Shown: piece after piece, positions 19,586 through 31,204 of the stretch
Position numbering within the stretch: the stretch's first letter is position 1
Layout: each line of letters starts with the position of its first letter
Assembly (NCBI GenBank): GCA_963666275.2
Contig: CAXXOA010000001.1
Span: forward strand, 2,112,001 to 2,176,000
DNA length: 64,000 bases
Direction of reading: 5' to 3'
Origin: Oceanispirochaeta sp.
GTDB taxonomy: Bacteria > Spirochaetota > Spirochaetia > DSM-2461
The notes under the pieces: generated by a model
What the model was told of the DNA's origin: nothing
Seen by the model: only the letters and a program-made list of their open reading frames with translations
Databases searched by the model: none
Program-made: the position numbers and the translations under genes

Positions 19586-19645
19586 TAAACAATAGACTTG
19601 TATATTTCCCTCATCCCCGCCCCTTCTCCCGCAAGGAAAAGGAAT

Positions 19646-19695
19646 AAAAAAAACCATATCTGAGATAATACTATCTATCTTATCCCGGATATGGT
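19646..19695 (-). terminator. Intrinsic terminator of valS
   Basis: accatatc.gagataa / ttatc.cggatatggt hairpin with a T-tract on the minus strand. Confidence 0.65.
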
Positions 19696-19747
19696 CTGAT
19701 CTGTTTTATACAACCCCTCGCCCAAGGGGAGAGGGGTGTTTTAATGA

Positions 19748-22387
19748 TTACAGTTCTGAAAGGTAGGCTGTCATCTTTTCGATGGCATTCCTGAACTCTT
19801 CCATTTTTTCCTTCTCTTTGGCAATGACATCCTCCGGAGCCCGGGAGGTGAACTTCTCATTGGAAAGCTTCTTTTCGGTGCTCTGAAGCATCTGTCTGTT
19901 CTTCTCAAGGTTTTTCTGGAGTTTCTGTTTTTCCTTCTCCACATCGATAAGATCTCTTATGTAGACATGGGCTTCGAAGGTTTTACCTACAGCCGCAACA
20001 GAACCGGAGAGATCATCTTCTTCGGAAAGAAGGGCAAAATCATCGGACTGTATCAGCGATGCGATCAGTTCGGATTCGGCATTGAAGAAATCCCCCAGCC
20101 CCGGCTGATCTGTTTTTACCCGGGCTTTGATTTTTCTGGAAGGCGGAAGGTTGAACTCGCTCCTCAGAGTCCTGACGGCCTGTACCAGCTCCTGAAGCTG
20201 GGTAAAGTTTTCCGCCAGGCGGTGGTTCTCTTTTTCCTTCTCATAGACAGGATAGGCCGCTGTAATCAATGCTTCATCCACACCGGGAAGTTTCTGGTAG
20301 ATCTCTTCTGTCAGGAAGGACATGAAGGGGTGCAGCAGTTTCAGAGACTTGCCCAAGACATCAATCAGAACGGTAACGGCCCTGTCTTTTTCTGAATCAT
20401 CATCGCTGTAAAGATAGAGCTTTGAAGCTTCCACATACCAGTCACAGAAATCGTTCCAGAAAAACTCGTACACAGTATGAGCCATATCATCAAAACGGTA
20501 GGCATCCACAGCTTTTCCCACAGACAGTACCGCTTCATTCAATCTATGATAGATCCACTGATCGACCCCTTTCAGTTCCACAGTTGACGCATCCAGGATC
20601 TGGCGGCCCTCCAGGTTCATGAGGATATAGCGGGAAGCATTCCAGACTTTATTGCAGAACCGGCTTCCCAGTTTTACTGTATCCATATCGAGAGGAATAT
20701 CCTGTCCCTGGGCGGAGAGGTAGGCCAGAGTGAATTTCATGGCATCCGCACCGTACTGGGCGACGATATCCAGCGGATCGATTCCATTGCCCAGAGATTT
20801 GGACATTTTTCTTCCGTGTTTGTCTCTGACCAGGGGTGTAATATAGATATCCCGAAAGGGAGCGGCTTCCATGAACTCTTCAGAAGCCATAATCATACGG
20901 GCCACCCAGAAGAAAATGATGTCGTATCCCGTAACAAGGGCGCTTGTGGGAAAGAACTTCTCCAGATCTACTGTTTTTTCAGGCCATCCCAGTGTGGAGA
21001 AAGGCCAGAGCCAGGAGGAGAACCAGGTGTCGAGCACATCCGGATCCTGCTCCAGAGCGGAGGAAGAACATTTGGGGCAGGATGTGGGATCTTCCCTTTC
21101 CACAATGACTTCACCGCAGTCCTGACAGGTCCAGGCGGGGATTCTGTGTCCCCACCAGAGCTGGCGGGAGATACACCAGTCCCGGATCCCGTTGAGCCAG
21201 TGGGTGTAGGTATTTTCCCATCTTTTGGGAAAAAACCGGACCCTATCCTCTTTCCAGGCATTCAGAGCCTTTTCGGCCATCCCTTCCATTTTTACAAACC
21301 ACTGCTCGGACATGTAGGGTTCAATCACAGTCTTACAACGGTAACAGTGTCCTACCTGATGGGGTTTTTCCTCTATTTTTACGAGATATCTCCCCTCTTC
21401 CAGGGCAGAGATGGTTTTTTTTCTGGCGTCCTGAACTGAAAGCCCCTGAAAAGCTTCAGGAACATTTCCGTTAAGAGTACCGTCTCCATTGAGAATATTG
21501 ACCCTTTCCAGATCATGACGGTTTCCGACTTCCCAGTCATTGGGGTCATGGGCCGGTGTAATTTTAACGGCTCCGGAACCGAAATCTTTATTACAGTGAA
21601 AATCGGTGATGACCTCAATTTTCCTGTCGGTCAGGGGAAGGTCCAGCGTTTTGCCTACCATTTCCCGGTAGCGTTCATCCTCGGGATGAACAGCCACGGC
21701 TGTATCTCCAAACATGGTTTCAGGACGGGTGGTTGCGACTGTAATGCTTCCGGAACCGTCACTCAGGGGATAGGTTATATGATACAGTTTTCCCGGTTTT
21801 TCCTCATGATCCACCTCATCGTCCGCCAGAGCGGTACCGCAGGAGGTACACCAGTTCACAAGGTACTCGCCCTTATAGATAAGATCTCTTTCATAGAGAG
21901 TAACAAAAACTTCCCGGACCGCTCCGGAGAGCCCCTCATCCATGGTGAATCTTTCCCGGCTCCAGTCACAGGATGCTCCGATTTTTTTGAGCTGCCTGGT
22001 AATGATCCCGTGGTGCTCCTCTTTGACTTTCCAGGTTTCTTCAAGGAATTTTTCCCTACCCAGATCATGGCGGCTCAGGCCTTTCTCTTTCAGACGCCTT
22101 TCAACTACATTCTGAGTTGCAATTCCGGCATGGTCTGTACCGGGAACCCAGAGAGTGGGACGCCCCTGCATTCTGTGATAGCGGATCAGAATATCCTGGA
22201 GTGAGTTATTAAGCCCGTGTCCCATATGGAGAACACCTGTGACATTGGGCGGTGGAATAACAATGACAAAAGGATCTTTTGAATCGTCTCCGGCAGGTTC
22301 AAAATAACGCCCCTCTTCCCAGAAACTGTATATCCGGTCTTCGAATTCTCCCGGGTTATAAGTTTTTTCAAGTTCAATTGCCTTCAT
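19748..22387 (-). CDS. valS: Valyl-tRNA synthetase
   Basis: PPPNVTGVLHMGH, DWCISRQLWWGH, KMSKS, C-terminal coiled coil. Confidence 0.98.
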   Translation of the reverse strand: MKAIELEKTYNPGEFEDRIYSFWEEGRYFEPAGDDSKDPFVIVIPPPNVTGVLHMGHGLNNSLQDILIRYHRMQGRPTLWVPGTDHAGIATQNVVERRLKEKGLSRHDLGREKFLEETWKVKEEHHGIITRQLKKIGASCDWSRERFTMDEGLSGAVREVFVTLYERDLIYKGEYLVNWCTSCGTALADDEVDHEEKPGKLYHITYPLSDGSGSITVATTRPETMFGDTAVAVHPEDERYREMVGKTLDLPLTDRKIEVITDFHCNKDFGSGAVKITPAHDPNDWEVGNRHDLERVNILNGDGTLNGNVPEAFQGLSVQDARKKTISALEEGRYLVKIEEKPHQVGHCYRCKTVIEPYMSEQWFVKMEGMAEKALNAWKEDRVRFFPKRWENTYTHWLNGIRDWCISRQLWWGHRIPAWTCQDCGEVIVEREDPTSCPKCSSSALEQDPDVLDTWFSSWLWPFSTLGWPEKTVDLEKFFPTSALVTGYDIIFFWVARMIMASEEFMEAAPFRDIYITPLVRDKHGRKMSKSLGNGIDPLDIVAQYGADAMKFTLAYLSAQGQDIPLDMDTVKLGSRFCNKVWNASRYILMNLEGRQILDASTVELKGVDQWIYHRLNEAVLSVGKAVDAYRFDDMAHTVYEFFWNDFCDWYVEASKLYLYSDDDSEKDRAVTVLIDVLGKSLKLLHPFMSFLTEEIYQKLPGVDEALITAAYPVYEKEKENHRLAENFTQLQELVQAVRTLRSEFNLPPSRKIKARVKTDQPGLGDFFNAESELIASLIQSDDFALLSEEDDLSGSVAAVGKTFEAHVYIRDLIDVEKEKQKLQKNLEKNRQMLQSTEKKLSNEKFTSRAPEDVIAKEKEKMEEFRNAIEKMTAYLSEL

Positions 22388-22573
22388 TATCCCATCCTTC
22401 AACTCTTATAAATGATCCTCAATAAAACTGGTAAAAAGGATCTTTAACAATGTAGAATGAATAGTACAGAAAAGATCCTAAAGAATCAATCTGTACCAGC
22501 CTGAAGCCTCTTACGGCTCAGGACCGGTATTGAAAATTTCTGCAGGAATCATGATACTGAGGGCAGAGGTTAT

Positions 22574-23008
22574 ATGAGTAATTCATTAGATTCAGCAGCA
22601 ATTGAAATTTTACAGCAGGGCGATTATACAACACTGGCTCTGATTGACGGGAACGAACCCTATATCCTCACCCTATACTACGGATTCAACAGAGAAGAAA
22701 TGACTGTCTTCTACTGCACTGAAAAAAGAGGGATGAAACTGGATTACCTCAGAAGCAATCCCTATACCTGCGGTACCATAATACTCAAAGGGTGTGACAA
22801 TAACGCCTTCCTCTACCGTTCCCTTGTCTACAAAGGAATCCTTGAGGTTATACATGACACGAAAGAACAGGCAAAAGCTCTGAAAGCCATAGAAAAGCAT
22901 TCAGGATTTGATATCGAGCTTTCCCGGCTGAGAGATCCCATGCTTATGAAACTGATAATGGAAGAGTCATCAGTCAGAGAATGGGAGAGCAATCGACCGG
23001 GCAGCTGA
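22574..23008 (+). CDS. Pyridoxamine 5'-phosphate oxidase-like (NimA-type) flavin-binding protein
   Basis: TLALIDGNEPY..LYYG, GMKLDYLRSNP, YRSLVYKG pattern. Confidence 0.75.
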   Translation: MSNSLDSAAIEILQQGDYTTLALIDGNEPYILTLYYGFNREEMTVFYCTEKRGMKLDYLRSNPYTCGTIILKGCDNNAFLYRSLVYKGILEVIHDTKEQAKALKAIEKHSGFDIELSRLRDPMLMKLIMEESSVREWESNRPGS

Positions 23009-23013
23009 AGCTC

Positions 23014-23589
23014 CTATTTTTCACCGGCAATCAGTTCAGACAGTGGCCTCTTGGGAACATGATGCACATCTGATGAATCCCTGTAATAGATGACATTTTC
23101 CGGGTTTGAGGCATCTTCCAGAAGTATGGTCTCACCGGGATAGCCGAAAGCCAGGACCAGACAGGGAGTCAGATCCTCAGGAAGATCAAGGACCTGAGAG
23201 AGAGTAGACTTACCGAAACTACCGATCATACAGCACCCCACTCCCTCCTCAGCGGCTCCCAGCTGCATTGTCTGGGCAACGATACCGTGATCACAGCTCG
23301 GGTTGGGGCTGAGGGATTTATCAAGAAGAATCACTATATATCCCTGAGGCCTTTCTCCTTCTGACGGGCCGTCCCATTCTGTAAGGGCTCCTGCCCATTT
23401 TAAAACGGGAAAGAGAGCGTTCTTCCCCTTTTCCGATGAAACTATCATATATTTCAGAAACTGAAGGTTTTTGGAACTGGGAGAGAATCTGGCATAGGAA
23501 ACCATTCTGTGCAGAAAATCCTGGGGAAGGGGTTTTGCAGAAAAGCGTCTGTAACTTCTGGCAGATTTTACGAGATCTTCAAAGGACAT
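23014..23589 (-). CDS. Nitroreductase family protein
   Basis: RSYRRF, SPSSKNLQ, GVGCCMIG, FGYP, VPKR. Confidence 0.9.
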   Translation of the reverse strand: MSFEDLVKSARSYRRFSAKPLPQDFLHRMVSYARFSPSSKNLQFLKYMIVSSEKGKNALFPVLKWAGALTEWDGPSEGERPQGYIVILLDKSLSPNPSCDHGIVAQTMQLGAAEEGVGCCMIGSFGKSTLSQVLDLPEDLTPCLVLAFGYPGETILLEDASNPENVIYYRDSSDVHHVPKRPLSELIAGEK

Positions 23590-23654
23590 GGGAGACTCCT
23601 TAAACAATGTGTTGGATTACAGAAATCCTGAATATCCTAGCACTGATTTTCCAT

Positions 23655-23690
23655 AAAAAAAAGAGGCTGTCCCACCGGGAGACAGCCTCT
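23655..23690 (-). terminator. Intrinsic terminator after secF
   Basis: agaggctgtc / gacagcctct hairpin followed by T7 on the minus strand. Confidence 0.8.
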
Positions 23691-23710
23691 GAATCAAACC
23701 TCAAAGGGTT

Positions 23711-24772
23711 TTATTTCTTCTTTTTCTTTTTCTCTTTGGCTTTTTTCTTTTTCTCTGTAGCCTCTGCAATTTCCTCAGCGGTCTGTTTGACAGCCTCAGG
23801 CTGGGGTGCAGATTTTTTCACCTGCTGTGCTTTGACTTCGGCAACAACTTTTTCTGTCGCACCGGCAGAAACTGTTTTCGCTTTTTTCACTTCAGCATTG
23901 TGCCAGCCCAGAAGGATGGTGGATGCAATGAAGATCGAAGAATAGGTACCAACGATGATACCGACAATTAGACTCAGAGCAAAAGTCTTGATCGTTCCTG
24001 TACCGATCACAAAAATGAAGAGTACGGCGATGAACGTGGTCAATGAAGTAATCAGCGTACGTCTTAAAGACTGTGTAATGGAAATATTGATAACTTCAAA
24101 GAACTTCTTGTCTTTCAGGAGCCTGCTGTTTTCACGGATTCTGTCAAAAATAACGATGGTATCGTTCAGTGAGTAACCAACAATCGTCAGAACCGCTGCG
24201 ATAGTAGCAGTTGAGAATTCCAGCTGGAGGACTCCGATAAAACCGAGAAGGAACAGAACATCGTGGACAATGGCCGCAATGGACGAAACCGCATAGTTCA
24301 GTCGGAACCGGAACCATATGTACACAAGGATCAGAGCCAGGGCGACAATTGTCAGGAATATCGTCTGGGAAGAGAGATTTCCCGCCAGTCTCGCACCGAC
24401 AAACTCTGTTGAAAGAACTTCTACAGATCCCGCGCCGAAAGCAGCTTCCAGATTATCCAGAATCTCTTTTTCAGCCTGAGCCTGGAAATTTTCCACACTC
24501 TCGTCTTCACCGACCCGGATCATATAATTGTTTTCACCCGAATCTCCGACGGTCTGTACCTGGAGGGCTTCCATGGAACTTAAAGCGTCTTTGACACTGG
24601 CAATATCATCTGCGCCGCTGATAGCGATCCTCTGGCTCAGACCGGCTTTAAAATCAATCCCGAAATTGAAACCGCCCTGAGCGAAAGTTCCCACCCAGAA
24701 GGCAACAATCAGAACGATTGATATGGTCAGCCAGATAAAGCGGCTTTTAGTAAAATTGATTACTTTTTCCAT
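23711..24772 (-). CDS. secF: Protein translocase subunit SecF
   Basis: GIDFKAG, HDV, GYSLNDTIVIFDRIRE, GTYSSIFIA. Confidence 0.97.
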   Translation of the reverse strand: MEKVINFTKSRFIWLTISIVLIVAFWVGTFAQGGFNFGIDFKAGLSQRIAISGADDIASVKDALSSMEALQVQTVGDSGENNYMIRVGEDESVENFQAQAEKEILDNLEAAFGAGSVEVLSTEFVGARLAGNLSSQTIFLTIVALALILVYIWFRFRLNYAVSSIAAIVHDVLFLLGFIGVLQLEFSTATIAAVLTIVGYSLNDTIVIFDRIRENSRLLKDKKFFEVINISITQSLRRTLITSLTTFIAVLFIFVIGTGTIKTFALSLIVGIIVGTYSSIFIASTILLGWHNAEVKKAKTVSAGATEKVVAEVKAQQVKKSAPQPEAVKQTAEEIAEATEKKKKAKEKKKKKK

Positions 24773-26496
24773 TATTTACGCCCCCAACTGATGCTGATTT
24801 TATCCCGCTTCATAACTTCTGTACCGAAGTCGAAGATCAGGCGGGATACAAAAATGGCTGTAAAGAGAGAACAGACAATACCGACTGCCAGAGTGACGGC
24901 AAATCCCTGAATAGGACCCTTAGCCAGCTGGGACAGGAAGATTGCTGCTATAAAAGTTGTAATATTGGCATCCATAACGGTCCAGAAAGCCTTTTTGAAT
25001 CCGGCTTCAACAGCTGCGGCCCGGGATTTTCCCAGTGCCAGTTCTTCCCGTATACGTTCAAAAATAATTACATTGGCATCCACAGCCATACCCACGTTCA
25101 GGATAATACCCGCAATACTTGTCATGGTCAGGGTCATATTGAATGACGACAGGATAGCAACAATAAAAATAAGGTTAAGAACCAGAGCCAGATCGGCAAT
25201 GAGACCGGCGCCTTTGTAATAGAGCAGCATGAACACAAATACGGCAATAAAACCGTACATGATGGCTCTCAGACCGGACTGGATGGCATCGCTACCCAGA
25301 GAGGCACCTACAGCCTGTTCGTTGATGATCTCAAGATCAACAGGGAGTGCGGCAGTTCTCAGTACCAGTTCAAGATCGCTTGCCTCTTCCTGATCAAATC
25401 CTGTGATCCTTACAGAATCCCGGATAGGTTCGGAAATACGGGCGGCGGCTTTCACTTTATCATCCATGACAACGGCCAGGGTCTTACCTGTGTTTTCAGA
25501 AGTGAACTTGTAGAACTGTTCTCCCCCTTCGGAATCCAGATTGAAGATGACATTGGGCTGACCGGTTACCTGATCGGCGATGGTATCTGCCTGCTGAATA
25601 TGATCTCCCGCCAGTCCGACTTCGTCACTGACAACAATGTATCTCTGAAACTGGTCAATGCCGTAACTGTCTTTTTTATAGAAACCGAGTACTCTCAGAC
25701 CTGCTTCCAGCAGATTGGGGTCCGAGGGACGGCCGTCTTCAAACACAGCTCCGGGATTGGCAGCTACATACTGGGAAATCCTGGTGGTAGCAGCATCATC
25801 TACAATATGAAAGTTCAATGTACCCTTTCCCATCAGGAAGGAGTTGACTCTTTCGGGATCCACTTCACCGGGGATTTCAATAAGAATCTGATCATTGGAC
25901 TGTTTCCGGATGGAAGGCTCGGTAACACCAAATTTATCAATTCTGTTATTCAGGATTTCCATTGCCAGGGTAATGGCTTCCTGAAGGTTTTCTTCAGTGG
26001 GCACCTGACCGAGTCTTTCCTGAAGGCTCTCTTCATCGGCCTGAACAACCACACTCATACCGCCGGAGAGATCGAGTCCCAGAAGGAGTGTTTTATTTTT
26101 CAGTTCTTTGAGAGACAGGATCTCTTCTCTGTAATGTTTTTCCAGAGAGTTAAAAACTTCATTACCTGATGCGAATCCCTGAAGAACAGTTTTCACTGTC
26201 CAGCTGGAGGGCAGATCTTTTTTGACAAGTTTATAATTATCCTTGGCCTGATCAATCAGAAATGCGATATCTTCAGGAAATTCCGCTTCCGGATCATCCT
26301 TTACCAGGCCGGTAAGGGTTTCAAGATCTTTAGAAGCAGTAACTTTTGCATATTTCTGGATCTCCTCTTTGGATCCATTAGCAAGAGTTTTCTTTTCATC
26401 AGGGGTAAAGAAGTACCAATCCACAGTCGGATAAAGAAAGTACGCACCTAACCCCAGAAAGAAAAGAACTACGATAAATCTAAATCGTTTGTTCAT
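24772..26496 (-). CDS. secD: Protein translocase subunit SecD
   Basis: LGLDLSGG, NRIDKFGVTEP, GMAVDANVIIFERIREE, DANITT. Confidence 0.97.
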   Translation of the reverse strand: MNKRFRFIVVLFFLGLGAYFLYPTVDWYFFTPDEKKTLANGSKEEIQKYAKVTASKDLETLTGLVKDDPEAEFPEDIAFLIDQAKDNYKLVKKDLPSSWTVKTVLQGFASGNEVFNSLEKHYREEILSLKELKNKTLLLGLDLSGGMSVVVQADEESLQERLGQVPTEENLQEAITLAMEILNNRIDKFGVTEPSIRKQSNDQILIEIPGEVDPERVNSFLMGKGTLNFHIVDDAATTRISQYVAANPGAVFEDGRPSDPNLLEAGLRVLGFYKKDSYGIDQFQRYIVVSDEVGLAGDHIQQADTIADQVTGQPNVIFNLDSEGGEQFYKFTSENTGKTLAVVMDDKVKAAARISEPIRDSVRITGFDQEEASDLELVLRTAALPVDLEIINEQAVGASLGSDAIQSGLRAIMYGFIAVFVFMLLYYKGAGLIADLALVLNLIFIVAILSSFNMTLTMTSIAGIILNVGMAVDANVIIFERIREELALGKSRAAAVEAGFKKAFWTVMDANITTFIAAIFLSQLAKGPIQGFAVTLAVGIVCSLFTAIFVSRLIFDFGTEVMKRDKISISWGRK

Positions 26497-26516
26497 TTAC
26501 ATTCTCCGGTAAGTTC

Positions 26517-26894
26517 TTATTTTTTTTCAGATTTTTCTTTCTGGTCTTTTTTCTGGTCTTTTTTTTCTGTTTCCGCGTTCAGAACTGTAGAGACAGCAGA
26601 TTTATTGAATTCCAGTTTAGTATCATCGTCAACCTTAACAATAACAGTTTCATCTTTGACAGACTGAACAGTTCCTCTGATCCCGCCGATGGTGACAACT
26701 TTGTCGCCCTTTTTCATCGCATTGATCATAGCCTGGGTCTGTTTCTGTTTTTTGTTCTGGGGTCTGATGATCAGGAAATAAAAGATTCCTATTACCAGAG
26801 CGAAAGTGACAAGACTGGTGGTCATGGACCCGCCTGAAGCAGATCCTGCTCCTGCCGGTGCCCCCATCAGGAGAGCCATATTAAAAAATTCCAT
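26517..26894 (-). CDS. yajC: Preprotein translocase subunit YajC
   Basis: FYFLIIRPQNKK, KGDKVVTIGGI. Confidence 0.96.
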   Translation of the reverse strand: MEFFNMALLMGAPAGAGSASGGSMTTSLVTFALVIGIFYFLIIRPQNKKQKQTQAMINAMKKGDKVVTIGGIRGTVQSVKDETVIVKVDDDTKLEFNKSAVSTVLNAETEKKDQKKDQKEKSEKK

Positions 26895-26960
26895 ATTTTT
26901 TATCCTCGGATTAAAGATTTGGTTAAAATATCACAGAAATTCTGTTCCCGTCAAGAATCG

Positions 26961-27254
26961 CTAGATCGCCTTGACCCGTGAGATACCCTCGGGAACAGTA
27001 AACACGCCGAACAGCCTTTTCATTTCCTGTACAGATGAATAGGAAGAACCGCTGACACGGTTGTAATCCCGGAGGACTTTTTCAAGATCTTCCTGACTGT
27101 TTTCAAAAAGGGCTTTACTGAAAGCCTGCTTGTACAGTCCTTTTTCAAGAAGACTGTCTACGCTGAGCTTTGCATAATGTTTCAGATTGGACTTATCAAC
27201 AATGGCTGAATTTCCTGAATACCCGATGGTATTACAGAACTCTACTAACTTCAT
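26961..27254 (-). CDS. Small hypothetical protein between groEL and yajC
   Basis: GAGAGG RBS, ATG 27254 (MKLVEFCNTIGYSG...). Confidence 0.75.
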   Translation of the reverse strand: MKLVEFCNTIGYSGNSAIVDKSNLKHYAKLSVDSLLEKGLYKQAFSKALFENSQEDLEKVLRDYNRVSGSSYSSVQEMKRLFGVFTVPEGISRVKAI

Positions 27255-27279
27255 CTTTTCCTCTCTTTTTCCGGCGCAC

Positions 27280-27306
27280 AAAAAAGGGGAAGCAGATGCC
27301 TCCCCT
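27280..27306 (-). terminator. Intrinsic terminator after groEL
   Basis: Minus strand ggggaggca-tc-tgcttcccc-tttttt. Confidence 0.75.
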
Positions 27307-27340
27307 ATTCACTTAATTCAAAGGGTTTTGAATCGGGGGA

Positions 27341-29032
<1,692 letters not shown>

Positions 29033-29061
29033 TTATCGGCTCTGTTCGAGCTACAGAATGT

Positions 29062-29090
29062 AAGATACTAATTCCTGATGAAATCATCAA
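29062..29090 (-). promoter_or_regulatory. Sigma70-type promoter of groEL
   Basis: TTGATG-N17-TATCTT on the minus strand. Confidence 0.5.
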
Positions 29091-29119
29091 GAAATATTTT
29101 AAGAAATAAATCAAAGAAA

Positions 29120-29911
29120 TCACGGATGTTCCTGTTTTTTCTCAGTTTCGTTTTTTTGTCCCCTTCTGTAACCGGGAAAAAGGATTTCTCCTGCCATAAT
29201 TTCCCTGAGATGCCCCCCGCTGGTATCTTCTGCAAGGAGGAAACCTTCTGATGACAGCCCCCGTATAACTACAGTCTCCCTCTCCTGTGATCCGGCAGCC
29301 CCTTTTATAAAAGTAACTTCCCTGTCCAGGAAGAAGAGCCTCCGGGTAATCTCCTGCTGCCATCGGGGATCTTCATAGCTCTCTTTCAGGTATTCCAGGA
29401 CAGGAGGCAGAATTTCTTCAGGATGGCAGGACAAATCTGAAAGCAGTGCCAGAGAGGTGGACTTTTTTTCCAGCTCTTCATGAAAATCTCTCTGTTCGCA
29501 GTTCAGTCCGATCCCCACGGAAATAAACTCCCCTCTTGATTCGCAGAGGATTCCGGAAATCTTTTTTCCTTCCACAAGGACGTCATTAGGCCATTTAATA
29601 GCACCCTCCAGACCGTATTGATCCTCCAGAAACCTGGCAATTCCCAGACCTGTCAGGAGCGGTACCTGATAAAAGGGATGGACAATCCTGTCATGGGTCA
29701 GCTGCAGAGTCATAAGGAGATTGCGTCCACGGTCAGCCATCCAGGTCCTTTTATGGCCTCGGCCCCGCCCCTGCTCCTGGTATCCCGCGAAAATGACAGT
29801 CCCGTGCCCCCATTCCCGGAGAGTAAGAATATCAGCCATGGTGGACCCTGTTATATCCTTATAAAATACAGGCGCCCTCCCGAATGGGTTGCTCAGTGAA
29901 GTTTTTACCAT
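29120..29911 (-). CDS. birA: Biotin-[acetyl-CoA-carboxylase] ligase (no N-terminal HTH)
   Basis: QEQGRGRG..RTW, KWPNDV..KKISGILCE, GIGLN. Confidence 0.93.
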   Translation of the reverse strand: MVKTSLSNPFGRAPVFYKDITGSTMADILTLREWGHGTVIFAGYQEQGRGRGHKRTWMADRGRNLLMTLQLTHDRIVHPFYQVPLLTGLGIARFLEDQYGLEGAIKWPNDVLVEGKKISGILCESRGEFISVGIGLNCEQRDFHEELEKKSTSLALLSDLSCHPEEILPPVLEYLKESYEDPRWQQEITRRLFFLDREVTFIKGAAGSQERETVVIRGLSSEGFLLAEDTSGGHLREIMAGEILFPGYRRGQKNETEKKQEHP

Positions 29912-29979
29912 AGAAGAGCATTATATATAAAAGGGAACGGTTGAAAAAGGTTCCACTTTAGGGCATATTATCCAGGCAG

Positions 29980-30624
29980 ATGAGTATGGTTAAAAAGTTT
30001 TTATTTCTGACAATTTTTCTACATATATTTTCCCTTTCCGCCCAGGACAGTTCCCAGATGTTCCGCGCTATAGCCAATGCGGATTATCTCAGGGTTGAAA
30101 CTCTCCTGAATCAGGGCATGGATCCCGATGTCCGTGACGGAAGGGACAGATCGGCCCTGCATCTTGCCATTCTCTACGAAAACGATCAGATCGGAGCAAC
30201 CCTGCTACAGGCCGGCGCCGATCCGACGGAATACGACAGTGATGGGGATTCCCTTCTCTACCTGGCGGTTCTGAGGGGAATGGAGAATACCGCCACGGCC
30301 ATGGTCCGCGGTGGAGCCGATCCCAATTTTATAAACCAGTACGGAAACAGCATCCTGGTCATGTCCATCATCAAGGGTATGATTCTGACTTCCCGGGAAC
30401 TGGTTCTTCACGGTGCCGAACCCAATACAGTTTCATCCGGAGGGCTATCCTCCCTCATGCTGGCTGTGCAGAAAGGCCTGAGAGAAACAGCTGAGGAACT
30501 TGTCATCCGGGGAGCCGAAGTGAATGTAAAGGATACCAACGGCTACACCCCTCTTATGATCGCTACCTGGCGTCAGTATGAGACCCTGAGACAGCTTCTG
30601 ATCGACTACGGCGCTGTTGAATAA
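29980..30624 (+). CDS. Exported ankyrin-repeat protein
   Basis: Signal peptide; about 6 repeats of SALHLA/TPLMIA...GADPN. Confidence 0.9.
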   Translation: MSMVKKFLFLTIFLHIFSLSAQDSSQMFRAIANADYLRVETLLNQGMDPDVRDGRDRSALHLAILYENDQIGATLLQAGADPTEYDSDGDSLLYLAVLRGMENTATAMVRGGADPNFINQYGNSILVMSIIKGMILTSRELVLHGAEPNTVSSGGLSSLMLAVQKGLRETAEELVIRGAEVNVKDTNGYTPLMIATWRQYETLRQLLIDYGAVE

Positions 30625-30663
30625 TTATTTTAACCATTTGGTCAGATTTTTTCCATTATAAGC

Positions 30664-30721
30664 TTGCATAACCCTCCATATAACTGTATGTTTATACAAA
30701 ATTCAGGAATAAATATACGGA
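30664..30721 (+). promoter_or_regulatory. arg operon promoter with tandem ARG boxes
   Basis: TTGCAT-N17-TATGTT; ARG boxes acTGTATGTTTATACAaa (30683-30700) and caGGAATAAATATACGga (30704-30721), 3 bp apart. Confidence 0.75.
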
Positions 30722-30729
30722 ATTAATCG

Positions 30730-31203
30730 ATGAACAGCAGAACGGCGAGATTAAAATCAATTAAACGAATTATTGGGGAATACCATATAACAAGCCAGGA
30801 GGAACTTCTCAGCTTTCTGGAAAAAGAGGATGTCACAGTCACACAGGCAACCCTCTCCAGGGATCTGAAACTCCTCAAAGTGGGAAAAGTCTCGGACGGC
30901 AACAACGGATATTATTATACCCTTCCCCGGAACAGAAAAGAGCTTGAATCGACACAGCAGTATATCAACGATATCACCAGAGGATTCATTTCCATAAGCT
31001 TTTCGGGAAACCTCTGCATAATGAAAACACTGGCAGGCCATGCCGATACGGTAGCCATTGCCCTGGACCAGCTTGAAATGGATGAGATCCTGGGAACCAT
31101 CGCGGGTGATGATACGATCCTGATTGTCCTGAAAGAGAATCTCACAAGCAGAATGTTTATCTCGGCACTGAAAAATACAGTCCCCGAAATGGAGCTTGAG
31201 TAG
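30730..31203 (+). CDS. argR: Arginine repressor
   Basis: SQEEL, TQATLSRDL, GTIAGDDT. Confidence 0.96.
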   Translation: MNSRTARLKSIKRIIGEYHITSQEELLSFLEKEDVTVTQATLSRDLKLLKVGKVSDGNNGYYYTLPRNRKELESTQQYINDITRGFISISFSGNLCIMKTLAGHADTVAIALDQLEMDEILGTIAGDDTILIVLKENLTSRMFISALKNTVPEMELE

Positions 31204-31204
31204 T

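Noticed and set aside
22388..22573. T-box leader for valS
   Set aside because: No T-box motif or specifier stem visible
26530..26568. Short repeat tctggtctttttt in yajC
   Set aside because: Encodes the low-complexity KKDQ tail
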